Position numbers and translations under genes: made by a program | Source: Bugula neritina | Lineage: Eukaryota > Animalia > Bryozoa | Length of the DNA stretch: 64,000 nt | Reading direction: 5' to 3' | NCBI GenBank assembly: GCA_964035545.1 | Contig: CAXIUT010000230.1 | Coordinates: 744,001 to 808,000 of the forward strand | Notes under the pieces: generated by a model | Seen by the model: only the letters and a program-made list of their open reading frames with translations | Database searches by the model: none | Told to the model about the DNA's origin: nothing | Part shown: piece by piece, positions 48,701 to 64,000 of the stretch | Layout: every line of letters begins with the position of its first letter | How positions within the stretch are numbered: the first letter of the stretch is position 1

Positions 48701-51700
48701 CTGCAACATACTGAAACAGACTGTGACATACTGAAATACACTGCAACATACTGCAAGATACCGCAACCTACTGAAATACACTGTAACATATTGAAATACA
48801 CTGCATCATACTGCAACATACTGAATTGCACTGGAACATATTGATATACACTGCAACACATTGAAATATAATGCAACACACTGAAACATACGGCAATATA
48901 CCGAAATATACTGCGACACCTTGAAAAATACTGCAACATACGAAATATACTGCAAGTGGTGCAACATACTGAAATACAATGTGACACACTGGAATACACT
49001 GCAACATACTGCAACATACTGCAACATACTGAAATACACTGTAACATATTGAAATACACTGCATCATACTGCAACATACTGAAAAACACTGGTACATATT
49101 GATATACACTGCAACTCATTGAAATATACTGCAACACACTGCAACATACGGCAGCATACCGAAATATACTGCGACACCTTGAAAAATACTGCAACATACT
49201 GAAATATACTGCAAGTGGTGCAACATACTGAAATACACTGTGACATACTGAAATACACTGCAACATACTGCAAGATATTGCAACGTACGGAAATACAGTG
49301 TAACTTATTGAATTACACTGCATCATACTGCAACATACTGAGATACACTGGAACATATTGATTTACACTGCAACACATTGAAATATACTGCAACACACTG
49401 AACCATATGGCAACATACCGAAATTTACTGCGACACACTAAAAAATACTGCAACATACGAATTATACTTCAAGTGGTGCAACATACTGAAATACATTGTG
49501 ACACACTGAAATACACTGCAACATACTGCAACATACTGCAACATACTGAATTATTGTGCGACACATTGAAATATACTGCAACATATTGAAATATACCGCA
49601 ACATACTGCAACATACTAAAATAGACTGCAACATACTGAAATACATTGCAACACATTAAAATATACTGCGACATACTGAAACATACTGCAACATGCTGAA
49701 ATATACTGCAACATAGTGAAATACACTATAACATATTGAAATATACTGCAACATACTGAATTACACTCTAACATACTGAAATATGCTGTAGCATACTGAA
49801 ATAAACTGCAACACACTGAAGTATACTGTAATACACTGAAATGTGATGCAACATACTGAATTATACTGCAACATAGTGCAACATACTCAAATACACTACA
49901 ACAATCAGCAACATACTGAAATACACTGGAACATATTGAAATACACTGCGACACATTGAAACATACTGCAACATACTGAAATACACTGTGACACATTGAA
50001 ATACACTGCAACATACTGCAACATACTGCAACATACTGAAATGCATTGCAACACATTAAAATATACTGCAACATACTGAAACATACTGCAACATACTGAA
50101 ATACACTGCAACACACTGAAGTATACTGTAATACACTGAAATGTAATGCAACATACTGAATTATACTGCAAAATAGTGCAACATACTGAAATACACTGTG
50201 ACACACTGAAATACACTGAAACATAATGCAACATACTGCAACATACTGAAATACACTGTAACATATCGGAATACACTGCAACATACTGCAACATACTGCA
50301 ACATACTGAAATACACCGTAACATATCGAAATACACTGCAACATACTGCAACATACTGAAATTGCACCGGAACATAATGGAATACTCTGCAACACATTGA
50401 AATATACTGCAACAGACTGAAACATAAGGTAACGCAATGAAGTATACTGCGACACATTAAAATATACTGCAACATACTGAAATATACTGCAACATACTGA
50501 AATGTAATGTAATATACAGAAATGTACTGTAACATACTGAAATATACTGTAACAGACTGAAATATACTCTAACATACCGAAATACACTGTAACATACTGA
50601 AATATACTGCAACATACTGCAACATACTGAATTACACTTGAACATGATGAAATACACTGCAACACATTGAAATATACTGCAACATATCGAAATGAATGGT
50701 AAACTAGTGTTATATACTGTAACATAATGAAACATACCGGAACATACTGCAACGTATTAAAGCATAGTGTAACACACTGAAATATACGGCAACATACCGA
50801 AATATACTGCAACACGTTGAAAAATACTGCAACATACTGAAATATACTGCAAGTGGTGCAACATACTGAAATACACTGTGACACACTGAGATACACTGCA
50901 ACATACTGCAACATACTGCAACATGCTGAAATATACTGCGACATATCGAACTACACTGCTACACTCTGAAATATACTGCAACACACTGAAACATACGGCA
51001 ACATACTGAAATAAACTGCGACAGGTTGAAAATTACTGCAACATACTGAAATATACTGCGACGCCTTAAAATATTCTTCAACATACTGAAATAGACTGCG
51101 ACACCTTGAAAAATACTGCAACATACGAAATATACTGCAAGTGGTGCAACATACTGAAATACAATGTGACACACTGAAATACACTGCAACATACTGCAAC
51201 ATACTGCAACATACTGAAATATTGTGCGACACATTGAAATATACTGCAACATATTGAAATATACTGTAACATACTGCAACATACTGAAATACACTGCAAC
51301 ATACTGCAAGAAACTGCAACATACTGAAATACACTGTAACATATTGAAATACACTGCATCATACTGCAATATACTGACATACACTGGAACATAATGATAT
51401 ACACTGCAACACATTAAAATATACTGCAACACACGGAACCATTCGGCAACATACCGAAATATACTGCGACAGAGTGAAAAATACGGCAACATACTGAAAT
51501 ATACTGCAAATGATGCACATACTGAAATACAATGTGACACACTGAAATACACTGCAACATACTGCAACAAACTGCAACATACTGAAATACACTTTAACAT
51601 ATTGAAATACACTGCATAATACTGCAACATACTGAAATACACTGGAACATATTGATATACACTCCAACACGTTCAAATACACTGCAACACACTGGAACAT

Positions 51701-53530
51701 ACGGCAAAAAAACCGAAGTATACTGCGACACCTTGAAAAATACTGCAACATACTGAATATACTGCAAGTGGTGCAACAAACTGAAATACACTGTGACACA
51801 CTGAAATACCTTGCAACATACTGCAACATACTGCAACATACTGAAATATACTGCGACACATTAACATATACTGCAACATACTGAAATATACTGGAAAATA
51901 CTGCAACATACTAAAATACACTTGAACATAATGAAATACACTGCAACACATTGAAATATACTGCAACATATCGAAATGAATGGTAAACTAGTGTAATATA
52001 CTGTAAAATAATGAAACATACCGGAATAACTGCAACATAACGAAATATAGTGCAACACATTGAAATATACGGCAACATACCGAAATAAACTGTGACACGT
52101 TGAAAATTACTGCAACATTCTGAAATAAACTGCAAGTGGTGCAACATACTGAAATACACTGTGACACACTGAAATACACTGAAACATAATGCAACATACT
52201 GCAACATACTGAAATACACTGTAACATATCGAAATACACTGCAACATACTGCAACATACTGCAACATACTAAAATACACTGCAACATACTGAAATACATT
52301 GCAACACATTAAAAAATACTGCGACATACTGAAACATACTGCAACATGCTGAAATATACTGCAACATACTGAAATACACTATAACATATTGAAATATACT
52401 GCAACATACTGAATTACACTCCAACATACTGAAATATGCTGTAGCATACTGAAATACACTGCAACACACTGAAGTATACTGCAATACACTGAAATGTAAT
52501 GCAACATACTGAATTATACTGCAACATAGTACAACATACTGAAATACACTACAATGTACTGCAACATACTGAAATACACTGGAACATATTGAAATACACT
52601 GCGACACATTGAAACATACTGCAACATACTGAAATATACTGCAAGATACTGCAACATACTGAAACAGACTCTGACATACTGAAATACACTGCAACATACT
52701 GCAAGATACCGCAACCTACTGAAATACACTGTAACATATTGAAATACACTGCATCATACTGCAACATACTGAATTACACTGGAACATATTGATATACACT
52801 GCAACACATTGAAATATAATGCAATACACTGAAACATACGGCAATATACCGAAATATACTGCGACACCTTGAAAAATACTGCAACATACGAAATATACTG
52901 CAAGTGGTGCAACATACTGAAATACAATGTGACACACTGGAATACACTGCAACATACTGCAACATACTGCAACATACTGAAATACACTGCAACATAGTGA
53001 AATACACTGCATCATACTGCAACATACTGAAAAACACTGGTACATATTGATATACACTGCAACTCATTGAAATATACTGCAACACACTGCAACATACGGC
53101 AGCATACCGAAATATACTGCGACACCTTGAAAAATACTGCAACATACTGAATTATACTGCAAGTGGTGCAACATACTGAAATACACTGTGACATACTGAA
53201 ATACACTGCAACATACTGCAAGATATTGCAACGTACGGAAATACAGTGTAACTTATTGAATTACACTGCATCATACTGCAACATACTGAGATACACTGGA
53301 ACATATTGATTTACACTGCAACACATAGAAATATACTGCAACACACTGAACCATATGGCAACATACCGAAACTTACTGCGACACACTAAAAAATACTGCA
53401 ACATACGAATTATACTTCAAGTGGTGCAACATACTGAAATACATTGTGACACACTGAAATACACTGCAACATACTGCAACATACTGCAACATACTGAATT
53501 ATTGTGCGACACATTGAAATATACTGCAAC
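36740..53530. repeat. HOR domain A': second run of ~3.9 kb units with local rearrangements
   Basis: Marker at 39602, 45538, 49407 and 53355 (last two periods 3869, 3948). Offsets of 1978 (39811/41789, 41156/43134) and 7817 (43134/50951, 45538/53355) also seen. Confidence 0.8.
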
Positions 53531-55889
53531 ATTTTGAAATATACTGTAACATACTGCAACATACTAAAATACACTGCAACATACTGAAATACATTGCAAC
53601 ACATTAAAATATACTGCAACATATCGAAATGAATGGTAAACTAGTGTAATATACTGTAACATAATGAAACATACCGGAACATACTGCAACGTATTAAAGT
53701 ATGGTGTAACACACTGAAATATACGGCAACATACCGAAATATACTGCAACACGTTGAAAAATATTGCAACATACTGAAATATACTGCAACATACTGCAAC
53801 GTACTGAAATACACTGGAGCATATTGAACTACACTGCAACAGTCTGAAATATACTGCAACACACTGAAACATACGGCAACATACCGAAATAAACTGCGAC
53901 ACGTTGAAAATTACTGCAACATACTGAAATATACTGCGACGCCTTAAAATATACTGCAACATACTGAAATAGACTGCAAGTGGTGCAACATACTGAAATA
54001 CACTGTGACACACTGAAATACACTGCAACATACTGCAACATACTGCAAGATACTGCAACGTACGGAAATACAGTGTAACTTATTGAATTACACTGCATCA
54101 TACTGCAACATACTGAGATACACTGGAACATATTGATATACACTGCAACACATTGAAATATACTGCAACACACTGAACCATATGGCAACATACCGAAATT
54201 TACTGCGACACACGGAAAAATACTGCAACATACAAATTATACTTCAAGTGGTGCAACATTCTGAAATACAATGTGACACACTGAAATACACTGCAACATA
54301 CTGCAACATACTGCAACATACTGAAATACACCGTAACATATCGAAATACACCGCAACATACTGCAACATACTGAAATGCACCGGAACATAATGGAATACC
54401 CTGCAACACATTGAAATATACTGCAACATACTGAAATGTAATGTAATATACAGAAATGTACTGTAACATACTGAAATATACTGTAACAGACTGAAATATA
54501 CTCTAACATACCAAAATACACTCTAACATACTGAAATATACTGCAACATACTGCAACATACTGCAACATACTGAATTACACTTGAACATAATGAAATACA
54601 CTGCAACACATTGAAATATACTGCAACATATCGGAATGAATGGTAAACTAGTGTAATATACTGTAACATAATGAAACATACCGGAACATACTGCAACGTA
54701 TTAAAGCATAGTGTAACACACTGAAATATACGGCAACATACCGAAATATACTGCAACACGTTGAAAAATATTGCAACATACTGAAATATACTGCGACGCA
54801 TTAAAATATACTGCAACATACTGAAATAGACTGCAAGTGGTGCAACATAGTGAAATACACTGTGACACACTGAAATGCACTGCAACATACTGCAACATAC
54901 TGCAACATACTGAAATATTGTGCGACACAATAAAATATACTGCAACATATTGAAATATACTGTAACATACTGCAACATACTAAAATACACTGCAACACAT
55001 TAATATATACTGCAACATACTGAAACATACTGCAACATACTGAAATACACTGTGACACACTGAAATACACTACAACATACTGCAACATACTAAAATACAC
55101 TGGAACATACTGCAACATACTGCAACATACTGAATCATTGTGCGACACATTGAAATATACTGCAACATATTGAAATATACCGTAACATACTGCAACATAC
55201 TAAAATAGACTGCAACATACTGAAATACATTGCAACACATTAAAATATACTGCGACATACTGAAACATACTGCAACATGCTGAAATATACTGCAACATAC
55301 TGAATTACACTCTAACATACTGAAATATGCTGTAGCATACTGAAATACACTGTACCACACTGAAGTATACTGTAATACACTGAAATGTGATGCAACATAC
55401 TGAATTATACTGCAACATAGTGCAACATACTCAAATACACTACAACAAACTGCAACATACTGAAATACACTGGAACATTTTGAAAAACACTGCGACACAT
55501 TGAAACATACTGCAACATACTGAAATACACTGTGACACATTGAAATACACTGCAACATACTGCAACATACTGCAACATACTGAAATACATTGCAACACAT
55601 TAAAATATACTGCAACATACTAAAACATACTGCAACATACTGAAATATACTGCAACACACTGAAACATACGGCAACATACCGAAATAAACTGCGACACGT
55701 TGAAAATTACTGCAACATACTGAAATAGACTGCGACGCCTTAAAATATACTGCAACATACTGAAATAGACTGCAAGTGGTGCAACATAGTGAAATACACT
55801 GTGACACACTGAAATACACTGCAACATACTGCAACATACTGAAATATTGTGCGACACAATAAAATATACTGCAACATATTGAAATATAC

Positions 55890-58800
55890 TGCAACACATT
55901 AAAATATACTGCAACATACTGAAACATACCGCAACATACTGAAATACACTGTGACACACTGAAATACACTACAACATACTGCAACATACTAAAATACACT
56001 GGAACATACTGCAACATACTGCAACATACTGAATTACACTGGAACTTATTGATATACACTGCAACACATTGAAATATACTGCAACATACTGAAACATACT
56101 GCAACATACTGAAATACACTGCAACACACTGAAGTATACTGTAATACACTGAAATGTAATGCAACATACTGAATTATACTGCAAAATAGTGCAACATACT
56201 GAAATACACTGTGACACACTGAAAAACACTGAAACATAATGCAACATACTGCAACATACTGAAATACACTGTAACATATCGGAATACACTGCAACATACT
56301 GCAACATACTGCAACATACTGAAATACACCGTAACATATCGAAATACACTGCAACATACTGCAACATACTGAAATGCACCGGAACATAATGGAATACCCT
56401 GCAACACATTGAAATATACTGCAACAGACTGAAACATAAGGTAACACAATGAAGTATACTGCGACACATTAAAATATACTGCAACATACTGAAATATACT
56501 GCAACATACTGAAATGTAATGTAATATACAGAAATGTACTGTAACATACTGAAATATACTGTAACAGACTGAAATATACTCTAACATACCGAAATACACT
56601 GTAACATACTTAAATATACTGCAACATACTGCAACATACTGAATTACACTTGAACATAATGAAATACACTGCAACACATTGAAATATACTGCAACATATC
56701 GAAATGAATGGTAAACTAGTGTAATATACTGTAACATAATGAAACATACCGGAACATACTGCTACGTATTAAAGCATAGTGTAACACACTGAAATATACG
56801 GCAACATACCGAAATATACTGCAACACGTTGAAAAATACTGCAACATACTGAAATATACTGCAACATATTGAACTACACTGCTACACTCTGAAATATACT
56901 GCAACACACTGAAACATACGGCAACATACTGAAATAAACTGCGACACGTTAAAAATTACTGCAACATACTGAAATATACTGCGACGCCTTAAAATATTCT
57001 GCAACATACTGAAATAGACTGCGACACCTTGAAAAATACTGCAACATACGAAATATACTGCAAGTGGTGCAACATACTGAAATACAATGTGACACACTGA
57101 AATACACTGCAACATACTGCAACATACTGCAACATACTGAAATATTGTGCGACACATTGAAATATACTGCAACATATTGAAATATACTGTAACATACTGC
57201 AACATACTAAAATACACTGCAGCATACTGGAATACATTGCAACACATTAAAATATACTGCGACATACTGAAACATACTGCAACATACTGAAATACACTAT
57301 AACATATTGAAATATACTGCAACATACTGAATTACACTCTAACATACTGAAATATGCTGTAGCATACTGAAATACACTGCAACACACCGAAGTGTACTGA
57401 AATACACTGCAACATACTGCAACATACTGCAACATACTGAAATATTGTGCGACACATTGAAATATACTGCAACATATTGAAATATACTGTAACATACTGC
57501 AACATACTAAAATACACTGCAGCATACTGGAATACATTGCAACACATTAAAATATACTGCGACATACTGAAACATACTGCAACATACTGAAATACACTAT
57601 AACATATTGAAATATACTGCAACATACTGAATTACACTCTAACATACTGAAATATGCTGTAGCATACTGAAATACACTGCAACACACCGAAGTGTACTGA
57701 AATACACTGCAACATACTGCAACATACTGCAACATACTGAATTATTGTGCGACACATTGAAATATACTGCAACATATTGAAATATACCGTAACATACTGC
57801 AACATACTAAAATAGACTGCAACATAATGAAATACATTGCAACACATTAAAATATACTGCGACATACTGAAACATACTGCAACATGCTGAAATATATTGC
57901 AACATACTGAAATACACTATAACATATTGAAATATACTGCAACATACTGAATTACACTCTAACATACTGAAGTATACTGCAACATACTGAATTACACTCT
58001 AACATACTTAAATATGCTGTAGCATACTGAAATACACTGCAACACACCGAAGTGTACTGAAATACACTGCAACATACTGCAAGATACCGCAACCTACTGA
58101 AATACACTGTAACATATTGAAATACACTGCATCATACTGCAACATACTGAATTACACTGGAACATATTGATATACACTGCAACACATTGAAATATAATGC
58201 AACACACTGAAACATACGGCGATACACCGAAATATACTGCGACACCTTGAAAAATACTGCAACATACGAAATATACTGCAAGTGGTGCAACATACTGAAG
58301 TACAATGTGACACACTGGAATACACTGCAACATACTGCAACATACTGCAACATACTGAAATACACTGTAACATATTGAAATACACTGCATCATACTGCAA
58401 CATACTGAAAAACACTGGAACATATTGATATACACTGCAACTCATTGAAATATACTGCAACACACTGCAACATACGGCAGCATACCGAAATATACTGCGA
58501 CACCTTGAAAAAAACTGCAACATACTGAAATATACTGCAAGTGGTGCAACATACTGAAATACACTGTGACATACTGAAACACACTGCAACATACTGCAAG
58601 ATATTGCAACGTACGGAAATACAGTGTAACTTATTGAATTACACTGCATCATACTGCAACATACTGAGATACACCGGAACATATTGATATACACTGCAAC
58701 ACATTGAAATATACTGCAACACACTGAACCATATGGCAACATACAGAAATTTACTGCGACACGCTAAAAAATACTGCAACATACGAATTATACTTCAAGT

Positions 58801-61800
58801 GGTGCAACATACTGAAATACATTGTGACACACTGAAATACACTGCAACATACTGCAACATACTGCAACATACTGAATTATTGTGCGACACATTGAAATAT
58901 ACTGCAACATATTGAAATATACCGTAACATACTGCAACATACTAAAATAGACTGCAACATAATGAAATACATTGCAACACATTAAAATATACTGCGACAT
59001 ACTGAAACATACTGCAACATGCTGAAATATACTGCAACATACTGAAATACACTATAACATATTGAAATATACTGCAACATACTGAATTACACTCTAACAT
59101 ACTGAAATATACTGCAACATACTGAATTACACTCTAACATACTGAAATATGCTGTAGCATACTGAAATACACTGCAACACACTGAAGTATACTGTAATAC
59201 ACTGAAATGTGATGCAACATACTGAATTATACTGCAACATAGTGCAACATACTCAAATACACTACAACAAACTGCAACATACTGAAATACACTGGAACAT
59301 ATTGAAATACACTGCGACACATTGAAACATACTGCAACATACTGAAATACACTGTGACACATTGAAATACACTGCAACATACTGCAACATACTGCAACAT
59401 ACTGCAACATACTGAAATATACTGCAACACACTGAAACATACGGCAACATACCGAAATGAACTGCGACACGTTGAAAATTACTGCAACATACTGAAATAT
59501 ACTGTTACGCCTTAAAATATACTGCAACATACTGAAATAGACTGCAAGTGGTGCAACATAGTGAAATACACTGTGACACACTGAAATGCACTGCAACATA
59601 CTGCAACATACTGAAATATTGTGCGACACAATAAAATATACTGCAACATATTGAAATATACTGTAACATACTGCAACATACTAAAATACACTGCAACACA
59701 TTAAAATATACCGCAACATACTGAAGCATACTGCAACATACTGAAATACACTGTGACACACTGAAATACACTACAACATACTGCAACATACTAAAATACA
59801 CTGGAACATACTGCAACATACTGCAACATACTGAATCATTGTGCGACACATTGAAATATACTGCAACATATTGAAATATACCGTAACATACTGCAACATA
59901 CTAAAATAGACTGCAACATACTGAAATACATTGCAACACATTAAAATATACTGCGACATACTGAAACATACTGCAACATGCTGAAATATACTGCAACATA
60001 CTGAAATACACTATAACATATTGAAATATACTGCAACATACTGAATTACACTCTAACATACTGAAATATGCTGTAGCATACTGAAATACACTGCAACACA
60101 CTGAAGTATACTGTAATACACTGAAATGTGATGCAACATACTGAATTATACTGCAACATAGTGCAACATACTCAAATACACTACAACAAACTGCAACATA
60201 CTGAAATACACTGGAACATATTGAAATACACTGCGACACATTGAAATATACTGCAACATACTGAAATGTAATGTAATATACAGAAATGTACTGTAACATA
60301 CTGAAATATACTGTAACAGACTGAAATATACTCTAACATACCAAAATACACTGTAACATACTGAAATATACTGCAACATACTGCAACATACTGAATTACA
60401 CTTGAACATAATGAAATACACTGCAACACATTGAAATATACTGCAACATATCGGAATGAATGGTAAACTAGTGTAATATACTGTAACATAATGAAACATA
60501 CCGGAACATACTGCAACGTATTAAAGCATAGTGTAACACACTGAAATATACGGCAACATACCGAAATATACTGCAACACGTTGAAAAATATTGCAACATA
60601 CTGAAATATACTGCGACGCCTTAAAATATACTGCAACATACTGAAATAGACTGCAAGTGGTGCAACATACTGAAATACACTGTGACACACTGAAATACAC
60701 TGCAACGTACTGCAACATACTGCAACATACTGAAATATTGTGCGACACATTAAAATATACTGCAACATATTGAAATATACTGTAACATACTGCAACATGC
60801 TAAAATACACTGCAGCATACTGAAATACATTGCAACACATTAAAATATACTGCGACATACTGAAACATACTGCAACATGCTGAAATATACTGCAACATAC
60901 TGAAATACACTATAACATATTGAAATATACTGCAACATACTGAATTACACTCTAACATACTGAAATATGCTGTAGCATACTGAAATGCACTGCAACACAC
61001 TGAAGTATACTGAAATACACTGCAACATACTGCAAGATACCGCAACCTACTGAAATACACTGTAACATATTGAAATACACTGCATCATACTGCAAAATAC
61101 TGAATTACACTGGAACATATTGATATACACTGCAACACATTGAAATATAATGCAACACACTGAAACATACGGCAATATACCGAAATATACTGCGACACCT
61201 TGAAAAATACTGCAACATACGAAATATACTGCAAGTGGTGCAACATGCTCAAATACAATGTGACACACTGAAATACACTGCAACATACTGCAACATACTG
61301 CAACATACTGAAATACACTGTAACATATTGAAATACACTGCATCATACTGCAACATACTGAAAAACACTGGAACATATTGATATACACTGCAACTCATTG
61401 AAATATACAGCAACACACTGCAACATACGGCAGCATATCGAAATATACTGCGACACGTTGAAAATTACTGCAACATACTGAAATATACTGCGACGCCTTA
61501 AAATATACTGCAACATACTGAAATAGACTGCAAGTGGTGCAACATAGTGAAATACACTGTGACACACTGAAATACACTGCAACATACTGCAACATACTGA
61601 AATATTGTGCGACACAATAAAATATACTGCAACATATTGAAATATACTGTAAAATACTGCAACATACTAAAATACACTGCAACACATTAAAATATACTGC
61701 AACATACTGAAACATACCGCAACATACTGAAATACACTGTGACACACTGAAATACACTACAACATACTGCAACATACTAAAATACACTGGAACATACTGC

Positions 61801-64000
61801 AACATACTGCAACATACTGAATTACACTGGAACTTATTGATATACACTGCAACACATTGAAATATACTGCAACATACTGAAACATACTGCAACATACTGA
61901 AATACACTGCAACACACTGAAGTATACTGTAATACACTGAAATGTAATGCAACATACTGAATTATACTGCAAAATAGTGCAACATACTGAAATACACTGT
62001 GACACACTGAAAAACACTGAAACATAATGCAACATACTGCAACATACTGAAATACACTGTAACATATCGGAATACACTGCAACATACTGCAACATACTGC
62101 AACATACTGAAATACACCGTAACATATCGAAATACACTGCAACATACTGCAACATACTGAAATGCACCGGAACATAATGGAATACCCTGCAACACATTGA
62201 TATATACTGCAACAGACTGAAACATAAGGTAACACAATGAAGTATACTGCGACACATTAAAATATACTGCAACATACTGAAATATACTGCAACATACTGA
62301 AATGTAATGTAATATACAGAAATGTACTGTAACATACTGAAATATACTGTAACAGACTGAAATATACTCTAACATACCGAAATACACTGTAACATACTGA
62401 AATATACTGCAACATACTGCAACATACTGAATTACACTTGAACATAATGAAATACACTGCAACACATTGAAATATACTGCAACATATCGAAATGAATGGT
62501 AAACTAGTGTAATATACTGTAACATAATGAAACATACCGGAACATACTGCTACGTATTAAAGCATAGTGTAACACACTGAAATATACGGCAACATACCGA
62601 AATATACTGCAACACGTTGAAAAATACTGCAACATACTGAAATATACTGCAACATATTGAACTACACTGCTACACTCTGAAATATACTGCAACACACTGA
62701 AACATACGGCAACATACTGAAATAAACTGCGACACGTTGAAAATTACTGCAACATACTGAAATATACTGCGACGCCTTAAAATATTCTGCAACATACTGA
62801 AATAGACTGCGACACCTTGAAAAATACTGCAACATACGAAATATACTGCAAGTGGTGCAACATACTGAAATACAATGTGACACACTGAAATACACTGCAA
62901 CATACTGCAACATACTGCAACATACTGAAATATTGTGCGACACATTGAAATATACTGCAACATATTGAAATATACTGTAACATACTGCAACATACTAAAA
63001 TACACTGCAGCATACTGGAATACATTGCAACACATTAAAATATACTGCGACATACTGAAACATACTGCAACATACTGAAATACACTATAACATATTGAAA
63101 TATACTGCAACATACTGAATTACACTCTAAGATGCTGAAATATGCTGTAGCATACTGAAATACACTGCAACACACCGAAGTGTACTGAAATACACTGCAA
63201 CATACTGCAAGATACCGCAACCTACTGAAATACACTGTAACATATTGAAATACACTGCATCATACTGCAACATACTGAATTACACTGGAACATATTGATA
63301 TACACTGCAACACATTGAAATATAATGCAACACACTGAAACATACGGCAATATACCGAAATATACTGCGACACCTTGAAAAATACTGCAACATACGAAAT
63401 ATACTGCAAGTGGTGCAACATACTGAAGTACAATGTGACACACTGGAATACACTGCAACATACTGCAACATACTGCAACATACTGAAATACACTGTAACA
63501 TATTGAAATACACTGCATCATATTGCAACATACTGAAAAACACTGGAACATATTGATATACAATGCAACTCATTGAAATATAATGCAACACACTGCAACA
63601 TACGGCAGCATACCGAAATATACTGCGACACCTTGAAAAATACTGCAACATACTGAAATATACTGCAAGTGGTGCAACATACTGAAATACACTGTGACAT
63701 ACTGAAACACACTGCAACATACTGCAAGATATTGCAACGTACGGAAATACAGTGTAACTTATTGAATTACACTGCATCATACTGCAACATACTGAGATAC
63801 ACCCGAACATATTGATATACACTGCAACACATTGAAATATACTGCAACACACTGAACCATATGGCAACATACCGAAATTTACTGCGACACACTAAAAAAT
63901 ACTGCAACATACGAATTATACTTCAAGTGGTGCAACATACTGAAATACATTGTGACACACTGAAATACACTGCAACATACTGCAACATACTGCAACATAC
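55890..64000. repeat. ~5.1-5.8 kb period duplication in the distal domain, with a nested 300-bp tandem duplication at ~57096-57740
   Basis: ORF offsets 5788 (55969/61757 through 57247/63035), 5128 (58094/63222, 58152/63280) and 300 (57247/57547, 57332/57632). Confidence 0.8.

Larger units (their letters stand above)
1131..64000. repeat. Satellite DNA array of degenerate 10-bp monomers (consensus ACTG[C/A]AA[C/T]A[T/C]), about 6,300 monomers, single orientation, running off the window end
   Basis: 10-bp register is visible on every line. The + strand is A/C-rich with G mostly at one position per monomer. Occasional 9- and 11-bp monomers occur. Confidence 0.99.

Noticed and set aside
1029-63870. 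Hundreds of overlapping minus-strand ORFs (up to 455 aa) rich in C/Y/V/S/Q/F
   Set aside because: The reverse-complement consensus (ATGTTGCAGT, ATATTTCAGT) contains ATG and no stop in any frame, and a 10-bp period gives the same MLQYVAVCCS peptide in all three frames. Stops and -1 shifts occur freely, so there is no sign of coding constraint.
1131-64000. CRISPR-like reading (conserved landmark plus variable spacers)
   Set aside because: The intervening DNA is itself decamer satellite of very variable length, there are no unique spacers or cas genes, and the LINE indicates a eukaryote.
1-64000. Telomeric repeat tract (strand-biased short repeat)
   Set aside because: There are no G-runs, monomers are degenerate with inherited kb-scale HORs, and the array exceeds 60 kb. 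A subtelomeric location cannot be excluded from this window.
1131-64000. CpG-deamination signature (GCGAC versus GTGAC/GCAAC variants)
   Set aside because: Mutation direction cannot be polarised by eye, and GTGAC can equally derive from GTAAC; this needs a variant phylogeny or methylation data.
1-64000. Host taxon or named satellite family assignment
   Set aside because: I do not recognise the repeat or the LINE family with confidence; a BLAST/Dfam search is required.

Overview
Eukaryotic heterochromatin-like DNA. About 98% of the window is one head-to-tail satellite array built from a degenerate 10-bp monomer. There are two main types, ACTGCAACAT and ACTGAAATAY, mostly alternating, and no inversion was seen. 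The only non-satellite sequence is a 983-bp, 5'-truncated non-LTR retrotransposon (148-1130). It has a CR1-group (Crack/Daphne/L2-like) RT C-terminus, a structured 3' UTR, AATAAA and a (CAAA)5 tail. A near-identical empty copy of its insertion site is present at 5681/5682, so the junctions can be read exactly. The satellite is hierarchical: 10 bp, 20 bp, ~260 bp, ~3.9 kb higher-order repeat (HOR), 2-8 kb recent duplications, and a probable ~28 kb macro-repeat. The hundreds of minus-strand ORFs are artefacts of a stop-free decamer. I found no host gene, RNA gene or CRISPR array, and no evidence of a new multi-gene system. All alignments were done by eye and from ORF-track offsets, so internal boundaries are approximate (+/- tens of bp) except the retrotransposon junctions.
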